DNA of 63,611 nt, counting the filler, from Lenisia limosa (Eukaryota; Protista; Breviatea): the NCBI GenBank assembly GCA_001655205.1. It is 10 parts of 10 records of this genome, joined end to end, with 100 filler letters (N's around TTAATTAATTAA, not from the genome) between each part and the next. Parts side by side here need not be neighbours in the genome. Positions count along the whole stretch, not along the records: positions 1 to 21,412 come from LPNZ01006702.1; 9 more parts are not named here. The stretch is one strand, 5' to 3'. The number at the start of each line of letters is the position of its first letter. Positions within the stretch are counted from its first letter, which is position 1. Below, piece by piece: positions 1 through 13,794 of the stretch. Under the pieces are notes generated by a model, which did not search any database, had not been told where the DNA came from, and saw nothing but the letters and a program-made list of their open reading frames with translations. Made by a program: the position numbers and the translations under genes.

Positions 1-235
1 GCTTCTGCAGCACCGCATCCCATCACTCCAGCATATGGGTGGGTGATACAATAACGTATTTGCATATTCAAAACAAAAAGGCACCAAAACTGTTGCACAT
101 ATCCTAAAAGTCAAAATGTTTGGATAAATATTGTATGAAAAACCAGTAATTTGTGGAAGGTGTAATCGACACAAATTTCAATTGAAATAAGCTAGAAAGT
201 AATGAATCAAATAAGGAAAGCCAAAATTGGTTGGC

Positions 236-3200
236 TCACTTCAAATCCCTCTTGAAGAGCTGGTTCTTCTCTACAATTCTCTGATATTCTTCACATCTCA
301 AGGCTTTCTTCCGGATAAACAACCCAGCGTTTGTCAGAGAATCCTGTTAAAGTGACATCAAATGCTGGAAATGGTGTAATAGTCCAAAGCTGGTTCAAAA
401 GAAGATGGTACTATTTCAATATCAAGATTCCTTGATATCAAATGTAAAATCAATACCACATTGTCAACCACAATTCTCTCAAATACAACATTATGTCTGA
501 TGCAACTGACAAAGGCAAAAGGGTTTGACAAAGTTCTATCATTTCTTATCTTACTCCTGGGTTCTCACCTTCAGGAACGCTGAGTCATCAACTACAGCCT
601 CTGAATTTGGCGATATTTCGGGACTGTTCAGATGTGGTGCCGACACCGATCGGGTCAAACTAATGGGTAAATAATGGGAAACTTTGGGAACAGTAAAAAG
701 TTCTGACTTTTTATGAGAATATTGTGCTAATTGTATGAATCATCTCATTTCGACAACAACCCTGAGTTTTAAATCGTCCTTTAAGATAACTGAGAAGACT
801 TACATATGTACCGTATACTCCAGGTTCTCAACTTCATGTGATATTTGCGTAAGAATAGTATGAGTACAACGATAATTCACAGATCTGGTTGTTATTAAAT
901 ATTATCATCCAATGTGCGCATTATTTGTTACACGAACCTTGGTTTAGTGTCACTCGTAGCGGTCTGCATAGCCTGGCTATATTCCTCCAGTTTGGTCTTT
1001 GATTCCGCCAGGGTCATTTCAACAGACTTGTTGTCGAGTTTCTTCCTGGTGCTGATCGCTGCACTTCCTACGAAGGTAATTTGAATCCCATATGTGAATA
1101 ATTACATGACCAAGCATAGGTTGCTTCACTAGGATACTCAATTCGTAGAGATCTGAGAGCAAAGAAATGGAAGTATCAAGAAGACATTGGTTCTATCTTC
1201 TCATATCATTCGTTATTGCTCGTTTCTCTCTTAAACAGACACAGACAAAAGGAAAACCAAGAGCACAGGGAAAGTAATAACCAGCTACCATTGAGGGATA
1301 GTCCGCACTGTAACGGCATCAGGCACGAGTGCCTGAAATATTAACTGCTGATACGTAAAATATCCATTACATTGCCGTTTACACCAACAGGTCTAGCTAT
1401 TAGATAAGGATAGTGATGCTTCACCCAGTAAGTGTTACAGCTTAGAGAACAAAACCATTTGCGTTTATGACGCACAATTTATGCAGCAACTGTCAAACAT
1501 AACCCTTGGTAAAATCCATAAGTTCAACTGTTAAAGGTTGTGGTTGGGGAAAATTGTCACGGAAAAAACTTTCGGTGACGTCATATTTTTCCTACTTTTT
1601 ACGAGAATTTAACTAATTTTGGTCATGATGAAAATCATAATTGTTGTTCTCTTATCTCAATAATAATTACTTTTACTACACTAAATCTAAATCACACAAG
1701 TTACGCTCGTTTACGGTTCTTTTTGTCTTTCGAACGAGCCAGGTTCTCCAAGACAATAATGTACCAAACAGTCGAAGGAGCTTACTTTACAATCTTCGAT
1801 TCCGAGCGAATGAGAGCGATGAGATGAATCACACAGTACGCCACGAAGATAACCACAATGAAAACGAAGGGAACTAGCAACTTATATTTGAACATGGTGA
1901 AAAACCTGCGTGGATAAAACAGATAATACATGTATAATATGATGTACTATTAGAACAGTAGAAATGTGATCAGACACAATGGTGAAAACAAAAATTTTCA
2001 AAACACATTGATTGTTTTAAATATTATAACGCTCCAATTAAGGGTGACATTTGACAAACATACCCAAGTTGCGCCTGTGCTGAGCACTCAGGGGCAGCAA
2101 TATCCGCTAAACAGTCAAAACTGTCAACGGTTCATCCCAATTATAAGGTTCTTTTTATTGACGACATATACATGTACATTTATACATTGACCAATAATAA
2201 GGAATACACCACCTCAAACGATTTAAGATTGCCAATGACATGAGGTTGAAGACTCGGGTCACCTCATCAGGCCAGTTCATATCAATTTCAGTGAAAAGCG
2301 AAGTCAACTACTTCTGTAAGATACAAGGAATAGGACTCATTATTACAATCGCCTGGATTTCAAAAATCACAGATATCAAAAAATCACATAGACGTTGTAT
2401 AATATATATTATTTACACAAAGCCCCTCGCCCCAACCTGGATATAAAGAATGCCAATTCGAAGGGCGTCCCAGCGGTTTTGAAGAGCTGGCCGGAAGAGG
2501 AACACAAAGAGGAGCCCAACAGCCATGACAAGAACTATAGCCACCACAAATAGGGCGACCTATTGGGTAAACACCAAATAGAGATAAGATATCATCAGTT
2601 CACAAGTATTCGCTCTTGTTTTTACCCATTTGGTCAGGATCTTTGTGATATATACTGATTTATTATTTTTTTCATATTCCAAATAAACCTAATATAAAGG
2701 CAAAATGTGAAATTCGGCGCAAAATACAAATATAATCAACAAGATATGTATCCAAAATAAAAATACAGAGACTCACGTTAGAGGCAGCAGTACACGGAAG
2801 GCATTCATGGCCAAACTGGTAGTATCCTTCTTGGCATGACGAACATACAAAATTCTCATGACTATGCAGTAAGAACAATGACTGGGAGGACGTCTTGTCT
2901 TATTTGGATTGAAATTGGGTGTTGGATAAAATGACAATCATTTGCCTTCCCATAACAAGGCAAGGGTTATATTGATAGAAAACAGAGAACCNNNNNNNNN
3001 NNNNNNNNNNNNNNNNNNNNNNNNNNNNNNNNNNNNNNNNNNNNNNNNNNNNNNNNNNNNNNNNNNNNNNNNNCACGCAATGAAAATATCAAAAGCGTTG
3101 TTGGACCTGAAAGACGTCAAACGCAAGGCTGATGTGGGGGTGTGGAAGAAAACCCTACGAAAACAACATCATTCATAAAATTGCTACCCCCAGAAAGAAA

Positions 3201-6200
3201 TTGAAAAGCATAAAAAAACTCGGTTGGATCAAATTTTACAAGCCGAATTTATTTTTTAAGCTTCTATTACTGTATAATAATGGCCAAGCAAACCATGTAC
3301 CCAACACCACGCTCGTATTAATCACTTGTATATCTCCATAATCCCAACCCACTTTTAATACACCATTATCCCAATACCCACTTATAATATCCGTCATCTG
3401 CAATGGGGGAAGAGTCTCCTCCCGCACATACTCCTCCAACAGGACACGCCAAACACTACACATGGTCATGGATGGTGACAAGATGCTGTAATTTATATCA
3501 TATCGATATATGTACATGTATATACCATAAAATTGCATGATACATATATTTTGTATTTATATACATACATACATATCATTATATATACATGTATATACTA
3601 TATAGATCACACAAATATTGAATTAGAAAATAACCTGAAAAATGCAGAACCACATTGAACTGAATTGATCCCTTCTCCCACTGAGGTGGTATTGAGTTTT
3701 CCATTGCTCATTTGAGGCAGATAGAAACCATCAATGCATCTACAGTCATTCTTTGACTTGCTTCTTTCCCCTCCTGTTGACATGTATTTCTAGATCGGTT
3801 AAAGTAAGGTTTATGAAACAAGAAATAATGAAGGAGTATTTGGTCAACGCTTTTCACAGTGTTTATAATATCAAAATGTCAGCATAATCTTAAAAAAGTA
3901 TTTCAACGAATATAGCAGCCTAGGTTGGAATCCCGTACCAAAGTTATATTACTTTCCCTTGTGGGAAGAATAGATCCGCCTCTTTCCCTCATGATTAAAC
4001 ACAATGACACAACACAATGAGTTGAAGACAATTTGCTACATAAAACATATCCTTTTTGCTAAGTGGAAATGGTTCAAAAAAGGTCACATCTTCTCTGGGT
4101 CACTGATGATCCCCATTCCCCCTGACCCACCGGGCATGAGAGACACGCGTCAAGGTCATAGTGTTCGGAGTATTTCCCAGGAATGCAAGGGTTACACTGT
4201 CCTCCATCACCGTTGCTGGCAAATTGCGTGCCTGTGTGTGTCATACATAAGCATAAGGGGGGTGGAAAATGGAAACAACGAGTTTTGTAAACACTGCGAC
4301 TATGCTTTAAAGAAAACCTTTCAAACATAGTCTAAATGGCAAATATAATGTCTGAGGCAATGGAGCTTTCACTCCAACTGAGTAGCAATTAATAACAATA
4401 ATCATAGTGACTGCCATGAAGCTTTTCAAAACAATCTGCTTGACTAGCACTCACGGTCAGTCAGTATCCAGTCTCCATACCTGGGGGGCAGTAACACGTC
4501 ATTTCATCAGGTTGCGAAGGCCGTTTGCTGAACCCGAACTGCAGGGGTCAGGGTTGATTAAGTGGGGTTGGTGAACAATCTAAACCCCTGAAACAGAGTG
4601 TAAAGAATAGTTTATTCAAATATTCAAGTGTCCAATCATCTGCTTAGTTTGGACAACAATTCATGAAATAAGTTTTACTAGTCACATCCTGGGAAGCATT
4701 GAGTTTATTGATTATTCTGACCGGGTATTAGAGGATTTGCTAAATGAATAATTATCCAGGCTTCAGAATCATTATCCACTTTTCCTTAGTTAGCATGTCC
4801 TACCGAGCACGTGCAGTTGAGGACAGACGTGCTGCCTTCCTCCAATGTGGTCACTCGGTACCCCGGACACACCGCACATATCGACTACAAGGTCACTCTT
4901 ATCAAATCCATGCTTTTGGCAAATGGGGAGAGACATGAAGCTGTCCAGGGAATATAAGACGTAGCATTACCTTATCCGGGAGTGCTTTGTAGTACCCGAG
5001 GACACAGGGCTCACAGACTCCAAGCACAAGGTTCAGCTCATAGCCTTCAATACAACTGCATGTCTGCACAGGAGTAGCAATCAGAGATAAATATGCGTGA
5101 GGGAGGTGATTCAAGAAAAAAAGCCATCGCTCCACACACCGATGCTAGGTCAAAGCTTGGGTTGACTGCGTGGCTAATGCAGGGTTCACACCGTCCGGAT
5201 GACAAGTAAAAGTCTGGGTGATGAGGATTGCACCGTCACCATAAAGTTCCAATAAAAGACCCAGTGTAAACAACAATGGCGTGTATGGGATGTAAACTAG
5301 ACGTACCAATAGGGCAGACACAGGGCGACTCGAGGGCCTTTGTGGAGTTCGGGTTGGGTACAAAGGAGTCGGCACAGACACACAGGTCAGCTGAAACTGA
5401 CGCATTAGCCGATGTTGTCATGTGTAGCGGACAATCCTGGCAGGCATCAAGACCAACTGTGTCTGGGGGCGATAAAAATGGTTACAGATTATACCGCAAT
5501 AATGGGTGATCAAGTAGGATGGGAAATGGGATTGTATAATATTATACATTAAGTTTACAAGTGAATTTATCTTAACATCCCATTTACCTTTATAAGTACC
5601 GCTTGCACAAGCCAGACACAGACTTTCAGTGTGACTGTACGTGTATCCCTCCATGCAAAGACAATCGCTGTCAACGCTCGATGGTGACTAGTGTGTGACA
5701 CAGATGGAGTACAAATTTGGAAGGGAAGCGGGAAATATTTGAGGTTTATGCATCCACATCCATTATTCAACCTCCATACGTAAACGGAGTGTTGCATCAT
5801 TTCCGAGCACGGGGCCGCGAGTATCGGTCCCTGATTGGATTAGTTGTATGAGTAAAAATCCTCTTCCCTTCACCAACAATTTCTATGTCGCATTCCATGT
5901 CTCCGGTCGAAGTGACTGTTACGACATACTGCACAAACTGCCAGCCTTCAAACTAATGTGTCACAAAAAGTAAGAAAATAGAGTTGGTACAGAATGTCTG
6001 TGAAAGTTGTTTTCATGAAACACAACGGTATGATGTCCTCCTCACTCCCCTTCACGTACTCGTAAATTGTCAAACACCACCAATCCGTTTGCATCAGACG
6101 TGACCGTCAAACCAGAAGATCTGAGAAGTAAAGCTTTTCTCTTGATTCTAGGAAGTGTTTCTATTTTTACTTCCTTCTTAGTCCCACCTTCGAGGAGGCG

Positions 6201-9200
6201 GGTTGATGGTGGCAGTGAACGTTGTCCCCTCAACTGGCCAAGATATATTGGCTGGCCGAGTCATAACCTGCATAATAGTCAGGTATTGGGTTATAGATAT
6301 TATATCTCACTCACCTGCAGCGTGGGAGGGGGATGGAGCGGTACAGACGCGAGGGTAACGTTCGGCTTAGGTCCTGCTAATTCGGCGTAATAGTCGCCAA
6401 TGTAGTGAAACGTCGTCAACACAGGTGACACTTCCTATAGGCTTCAGTTGGTCCAGAAATACCAGGAGTAAATACGTATATGGATTGTTTTTGACAAAAA
6501 TGTTCAATTTGTCGGAGTATAATTGTCTCTATGGTATCACCACTCTATTTTATTGAAATAAAACAAGGAGTACCTGGCCGAAGCCGTCCATACCATCACA
6601 CCAATAAATTAGTACCTGGCCGAAGCCGTCCATACCATCACATTATCAAAGATATTGACAATAAAACGCCTACATATGCACTCATTTGGATGTAAAAGCT
6701 CTCAACAGCTGGCAGCGTTCTAAATGGGATTGCACATTCGAAGACCTGAATTGTAACGCCGAATTGGTTTCGTGTTAACATTTGATATAATATTCATAAA
6801 ACTTCGCTTTGGCTTGGTCCCAATATACTACTTTATCAAAACCATCAGTACCATACATTCATAATATGAAGTGATAGACAAAACTCAATCATTTATTGCA
6901 ACTTTGAAGAGTAGAGAAATATAGTTAGCATTTACAAAAAAAGTTAGCATTTCACCATCAAACGTAACAAATATGCAAATCCATATTAATGTTAATACAA
7001 ACCAACACGCCAAATAACCAAATACCAAGGGGGTGACAGTCGTAATTGGGACAGTAGTGTTTCCAAACACACACATCGTTTGCGAGCTATCGATCACATT
7101 TTCCGCAACAACCACCTGTGGTGGTGAGGTGACAAGTTCCTTTTACAAATCAAGATGGCCGAAATACAGTATGTTGAAATTTAAAACAATTACATCTCAA
7201 ATATTCAGAAAAACTGTGTGGTTGAAATCAGTTGCAAACTACGAACGCAAAAGTAAGCAAATTTACCTATTATCAAGGTTATATTTTACTGCTACAAGTG
7301 TTTTGAGCCCCATTCATACAACAGAGGTATCTAGACTGATTAACTTGGTTTCCTGGGGGGCAAGAGCAACAAACTTCACTCCAGGTGAGTACTTCAGATT
7401 TTTAGTGTACGTCGTCATTGTACCATCCTGAAAATATGACGTGTCATTTCCAGAATGTTATGGTGAGACAAAATGTGTAGAAATGAAAATGAGTAACTAA
7501 CTGAAGCTAACACCGTATAATAATCTCATATAAAGCGTTCAAAAAAGAAATTCAGGAAGCTGGGCAAAAAATCTAATACCATAAACCCACCAAAAGACTA
7601 CCGAACCAACCTTAAAAACAGCCGAGTTGGAAATAACAAGCTGGAATGATTTCATACGTGGCCCTAAGTCCCCAACATTGACCACTCCATGGGTGCTGTT
7701 GTAGACACTGATTTGGGTCTAAATTGTGTGTTACTTCACACTAGCTCTAACAGTTTTAATTTGACCTCAAAATTAAGACGCCGTGTGGTGAGTGGATTGC
7801 ATATGAATAAAAGAGGAACTCATATTACGATATATCGTATCATAATACCTCCCAACAGGTTGATTGAAGAACAACGATTTGCCCATTCTCTTCGCCCGAA
7901 ACGTCAGAGATTGGGAGTAAACCACACCTTCAAGACCAATGTAAACCTGGTGTTTTGAGGAAAGGTGGTTCATTTATATCTTATACACAGTCAGCTAGAC
8001 AAGACTAACAATTCACATAACATATCATATATTACATGTATACATTTTTAAATTACCTTATAACTGTAGGAGGAGTTGCAATAATACATCTAGACTTTAA
8101 TCCCATCGTCCCTGCATACAGCACTTCCTTTCACCCAGCTAGTGGTGGACACTGAAGTTATGACTGGCAGGCCAACAACAGACACATTGAAAGTAGGAAA
8201 GTCAGTAGTCAATGCCACGCCATTTTGTTGAAAAGCGATTTCGTACTAAATGGTAAGGTATGGAGAACTCTAGAGTAACACACAAATAGTGAAATGGAAA
8301 GTAGTTTCACAATGTGTCGCTCACTCACAGCTCCGTCCAAAACAGTCATAAGCCAGGTGCCAACTGTCATATTTTTCCCACTAACGTTTCCAAGACCAAT
8401 CATTTGGGTGAGCGTTGTTGACAGAACACTTCGATGGCCAAGGCAGGTGTAAACAGACCGTTTTTTCTTGGAACCATCAGCTAAGGTGTCTTTGACGTTT
8501 GTTCTGACAAACGAAACTGATGTTTCGGGGTCCATATCCGATGGTAGCTGGGGGTGGGACATGAAATGATAAACAAGCAATCTACGACATTTGGTGCTAT
8601 GGCTCTTTCTAATTTAAAATAACAAAGCATCAATCAGAAACAATAGAGCAATTATACTTGAAGAAAATCAACATTTGACAAAAGTTACCCCCCCCCCCTT
8701 TGAAAATAGCTTACATCTGTGAAATCAAGGACTTGAAAAACCACTCCACTGCTCATTAACAGGCCTGTAATCGACGATTGTAACTGGTCACAAGACGCAT
8801 TGATGTCGAACTTGATGATCAGACGGAAAATGAAGTGATGTTTATGAGAAAGTGTAATAAATATGACGTATTCAAATTTGTAGTGTATTTCACAATGATT
8901 GGGTAATTGGAGCAATAACTTCAATCTACAATGTATTCAAAATCGGACTCTTTATGTCCTATTATAATATTCTCAAAGACAGCATTTAAAATTTGGCACT
9001 TGGACCGTCCTGCTGACTTATAGCTTACCTCCCACTCCATGGCATCTGGATTAAAACCCGCAGAACTGACTGAAACAAGAGGCAGCGGCGAGAAGTCTGG
9101 ACCGTTACACTGCAACACAATAGCGGTATGTAATATATAGACATATTATAACACTACCATTTAATCGTGTATTACATGTATTATAGTGACCGGGATAAGT

Positions 9201-12200
9201 CTTGACCGATTTGTGATGTGATTTCCCAAGGAAAATCGGTCAAGACCTATCCCGATCACTGAAAACAAGTTGAAGAGTACATTTATTACCACTTCCCAAA
9301 AATGAAAAAAAAACTATCTGTTGGTCGAAATAAAAAGCAACTGTTTATTATGAGTGACCATATCAAATTATGACGATGTACAATCATAATAGAGTACAGG
9401 CCCGCCACCCACCAATAATAGCGGTTGTGGTGTGTTCTGTGATTGATAATTGGCCAATACTAGATGACAGAATGCCCAGTTTCGGGTTTGTCACAAACGC
9501 TTCCGATGACGGAACCTCAAAAGTCACAAATAATGGTACATGTGGAAATGGGCTTTCAGGGAGGATCATTCGGGTTTTTAACACCAATACTATAGCAAAT
9601 GCTATGCCAACAGCAACGGTAGAGAAAAGCAGTATACTATGGGAGTTCCTCCTACCAGGCCTCCTTTACCGGCAGCGGCCGAAGTCATCCACTCCCCATC
9701 AGCGCCAATTATATGCATGTGTCCAGGGGCTGCGTAGACCTGAGAGATGTAAAGATTTTGAGAAATACCAGATCTATATTTACAGAAGAAAATATTTGGA
9801 AACTTTCAATAAACTTGGTGCATGTATGAAAGAGAGACTGTACTATGGATTCGATAAAATAGGAGAGCTAAAACAAGGTAGTATTATAATGATGAAAATG
9901 CAACACAAACAATTATACCCCCAAACATCTCTGATCAGTGTCGAAGCTCCCGTGGGGGCAGCCCAGGGCCCCGCAGCATGCCCGCAGAATCCCGACCCGG
10001 AGCAAATGGTCCGAATGTGTCCGGTTGCTGACGGGGGAGGGTGATTGTAGCTTGTTGCAACCATGGTCTTTGAAGTGACCCCACATCCCTCCATTCTCCA
10101 CCCCAGCACTCCACCATATCAACACCCCCCACCATTCCAGACAGCCGCCGCATTTGAGGTGGCTACAGCTCGGGACACAGGCATGTCCAAAGTCAGCGCT
10201 ACCAACTCCAATACTGGATCAGGCATTCCTGGGAGGGGGGGGGGATGAACAGAGCATTTGAACCAACCACCCAGGCATTTGGTATCTAGTAAATTGGAAG
10301 TACATCTTCCAGGAGAGCATAAAAAATGACAAGACCAACAAAGCGACAACAAAAACTAATATCCTGGTGGTAATATCGTGAGAATGATGACTATCCTCTT
10401 ATACACGATATTAATTTTGAAATAAGGAAAAAAAGTAATGTTCTTACTGGCCGAATCCGTCCACACCATCAAGCTCATAACATATCATATTTATATAGTT
10501 ATAGTATGTATTATGGCTAAAAATCTTTTATTAGTTTGACTACGCATATATAATTCCATCATACCAAGAAAATAAAGGCTGCCAGCGTGCTTGCCCCACA
10601 CAAAAACAGTTCCGTTTGAATTGACCGCAATTCCACCTTCTTCATGGAGGGAAAAAGAAACAATCTTTGGTGTGAAATAAATGAAGAAGTAGATACGACA
10701 GATGTCACGATGAAAATGGAGACAACACAAGCTGAGGCTCACATTGGTTTTGACCTTGGTGAAACTCAAAAGATTTCCTGAAAAGTCATTAAAATGAAAA
10801 GCAGACAATCGTGTTCAACAGAATATTATGGAATATCATTCCAAGCAAAATCAAAAGAAAACAAGAACGAACCTCCGGAGTGCGGAATCCCTCCGAAGTC
10901 TCCTTTTCCGGCCACGAAGAAGTCACCATTATCTGGGTGGTTCACATGAAGAGTTTTCATAAATAATGTGCTTAACTGTAACTCGCAATAGATGATGTAT
11001 GCTGAATAAATTGTTTTTAATAAATTCACCTCTTTAGTTTGATAAAGACACTTGCATACCACTAAGAACAGCAGACGTTGCCGATGTTATAGCCACATCA
11101 ATCATCTTGCTAGTCCCAGTCTGGATTATTAGATGCTGTAGGGACAAAATGTTGTAAAACTGGTCCGGATAAACCACGAATAGAGACAAAACCGCGTATC
11201 CTGCGTGATATTTATTCATTATTATAAAAGCTGTTGTTTTGGAAGCAAGAGAGCCAATGTTGATGATCATATTATATTTACCAAAATCTTCCTGAAAATC
11301 TGGTAAAAAGCAGTTAAAAGATGAGGTCAGCGAAACTTTTTGTTCGGAAATCCGTGACAATTTTCTGGGTTGGCACCCTGTACATCATAGATGAGGCAAA
11401 TATAGCTATAACACACATGTATAAACAACCCGTTTCCTACGTTCTTAGGAATCAAGAGATTGTTTGTATTGCCAACTGCAGCCTACAGTATCAAACGCAC
11501 TCCTTCAAATGGTCATAAAAACAACTGATTTAAGAAAGAGTAATACCAAGTATTGACCTTGCCCCGATTCGCGACATACCTGACCAAAATCATTGCGACC
11601 ACAGGCGTGAACCGTACCTCGGACTAAAATGTTAAATGGATCCAAACGTGAACATTGAGATAACAACGAAGAGTTTGTAACTTTGAAGTTGTGGTGAATT
11701 TATTCTCAAATGTCGCCTTGATCGACTGCTGTATTTATGAAACGCAAGTAGTCATCATAACCTGTTGATCGGTTAACATTGGATATCGGATTGTAAATAT
11801 ATGCTGTCAAATATGTGTATTGTTAATAATCACCTAGTGCGTACATATCACCACTCAGTGTACATATATAACCATTCCACAAACTATTGATGAGCATTGA
11901 GGTGTGTGAATGGGCAATTAGGACAGTTGGTGGCATAAAAGCGGAAATTAGTTCAACTGGCCTGGAAGGGGAGGGGGAGTAAAATTGGATAATTTATTGA
12001 ACAAAAATAGCCTTAAATCAACTCTGTTGGCTGACAACAAAACAAAAAAAAAGCACAGGCCAGTCGCTTCTGTAGCACAGGTTGGGGGGGGGGGGGNNNN
12101 NNNNNNNNNNNNNNNNNNNNNNNNNNNNNNNNNNNNNNNNNNNNNNNNNNNNNNNNNNNNNNNNNNNNNNNNNNNNNNNNNNNNNNNNNNNNNNNNNNNN

Positions 12201-13113
12201 NAAGAACTAATTTGGTATTAAGTAAAATGAAATCTTCAAAATGTGACTGACAATATAGCTACATGTTAATTACCCATCATATTGATATGATATGGAAAAA
12301 AAATGCAGCACATACATGTACATATCGATATATGTAAACGATCAGATATACTATACTATGATGTGCTACAAAAAGTACAATCCTATAGCCCTCTAACGTC
12401 GTAAAGATGGCATCACTGGGGATTTGGGGGACGGCTGTATACATAGGGGATAGCTGGCCGTACTTGTTACTGCCAATACCCATGATTTTACGCGATTCTA
12501 CACATATAAATAGGAGGAGGATCCAAAATAGTACTACTACAAAATTCCATAGACTATCTATTACGATAACAAACTCGTAATCGAGAACAATAAGCATAAA
12601 TATGACTCCAATGAAATGATAGCCAAAACCCCACCAGTCAACCAAATGGTGGATATATCTCCAGCAGCCACCATAACAACATTGTCAGACGACAATTCCA
12701 CTGCAGAAAATACAAAAAGTGCGCAATCCTAAGAAGTTCGTTATTTAATATTTGTGTTACATTGAAGGAGATAAATTAATCAACTATCCCGCCTTGCAAC
12801 TATCAAGGCAGAACATGTCATCAGAAAAGCGGGCTAATTTCAGGGGAATTTTGAGCATGAGCTTGAAATGACCCGTAGCAAAACCCAGTATAAACCGACC
12901 GAAGGGTCAGCTTGGCTTCCTAATGGACAACACTCCGTACATCCGGCTTCACGTTGCTGCCCAAAGCCCACCAGTGACGCTGGATAGTGTGGTCACCGAA
13001 GAGAGAAGATGACGTCATACTGTAAGATGCAATCCAGGCTTACCGTGGCTCCCAACGTTTAGAAATGCTACTAAGATCAAATATATGGCCAGGAAGGACG
13101 GTGGAGGCCGCAT
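236..13113 (-). CDS. Large multi-exon secreted-ectodomain multi-pass membrane protein: signal peptide, RCC1/BLIP-II-like repeats, GCC2/GCC3 (ephrin-receptor-like) Cys-rich repeats, C-terminal multi-TM region
   Basis: Hand-spliced minus-strand exons. ATG at 13113 gives MRPPPSFLAIYLILVAFLNVGSH (signal-peptide-like). RCC1-like pieces: SLVGFGQ, VVMVAAGDISTIWLT, KIMGIGSNKYGQLS, NGTVFVWG. Cys-rich pieces: CLACASGTYK, CEPCVLGYYK, CAVCPGYRVTTLEEGSTSVLNCTC, CNPCIPGKYSEHYDLDACLSCPVG. TM exons: VALFVVAIVLVMAVGLLFVFLF..IGILYIQ|LTSLFTEIDMNWP and PFVFIVVIFVAYCVIHLIALI. Last exon ends ..FKRDLK* at 236. Full exon chain not resolved; could be more than one gene. Confidence 0.75.
9185..9261. mobile_element. 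Copy of the Tc1/mariner-type MITE in an intron of the large membrane-protein gene
   Basis: tagtgaccgggataagtcttgaccgattt...aaaatcggtcaagacctatcccgatcactg palindrome. Confidence 0.8.
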
Positions 13114-13794
13114 AGTGTCAACCTTGAAGTTGAGAAAAACGCTTTTGGCTACTTTTGGGGCCAAATTATTGACCAATGAACCGATGATGGAAAGGCTGGA
13201 AAAGTGGATGGTCAGGAGATGATAAGACCCACATTAATTACATTAATTACATGGTTTTTTGAGTTGTCAGCCCACCCCCCCCCCTTTCTCAGCCTTTTCA
13301 GTAATAATACATTGGTGTTGTTGAACATATAGAGACAGCAGAGAGCAAGTTGAGAAGTTGAGAGAAAAGAAACATTACGTATACAGATTATTATTCCTTG
13401 CTTCAACCGAACACCTGACCTGTCACTTTTCTGTTAATGTTGGGCTGGTTTTACCTTAACAATATCACCACCGTTGTGAATTGAATTGTCGATCCAGGTT
13501 TAATCACTTGGGAGTACTTTTCACATGTTTGGGTTCACTTTACCATCTCGTTTACATCATATCAACTAGCTATCTGAATTGATGAACAAGCCTCAATAGT
13601 ACTCCGATACGCGATACAAAAGTCCAGATGCTCAAACCTCAAATGTCTTTGGATCTGGAAAGAGTCTTTAATACGGATTATTAAGCTTGGTACATAGTAT
13701 TGATATGCAGATATAATATATAGTATATATCATATAGTTTATATTATTGGGCCTTTGCTTGAGTTACCGTTACTTTGACTCATGAACCAGACCA

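Noticed and set aside
9370-10044. Longest listed ORF (224 aa, + strand)
   Set aside because: Antisense to exons of the minus-strand RCC1/7TM gene, runs through its introns, and has no recognisable motifs.
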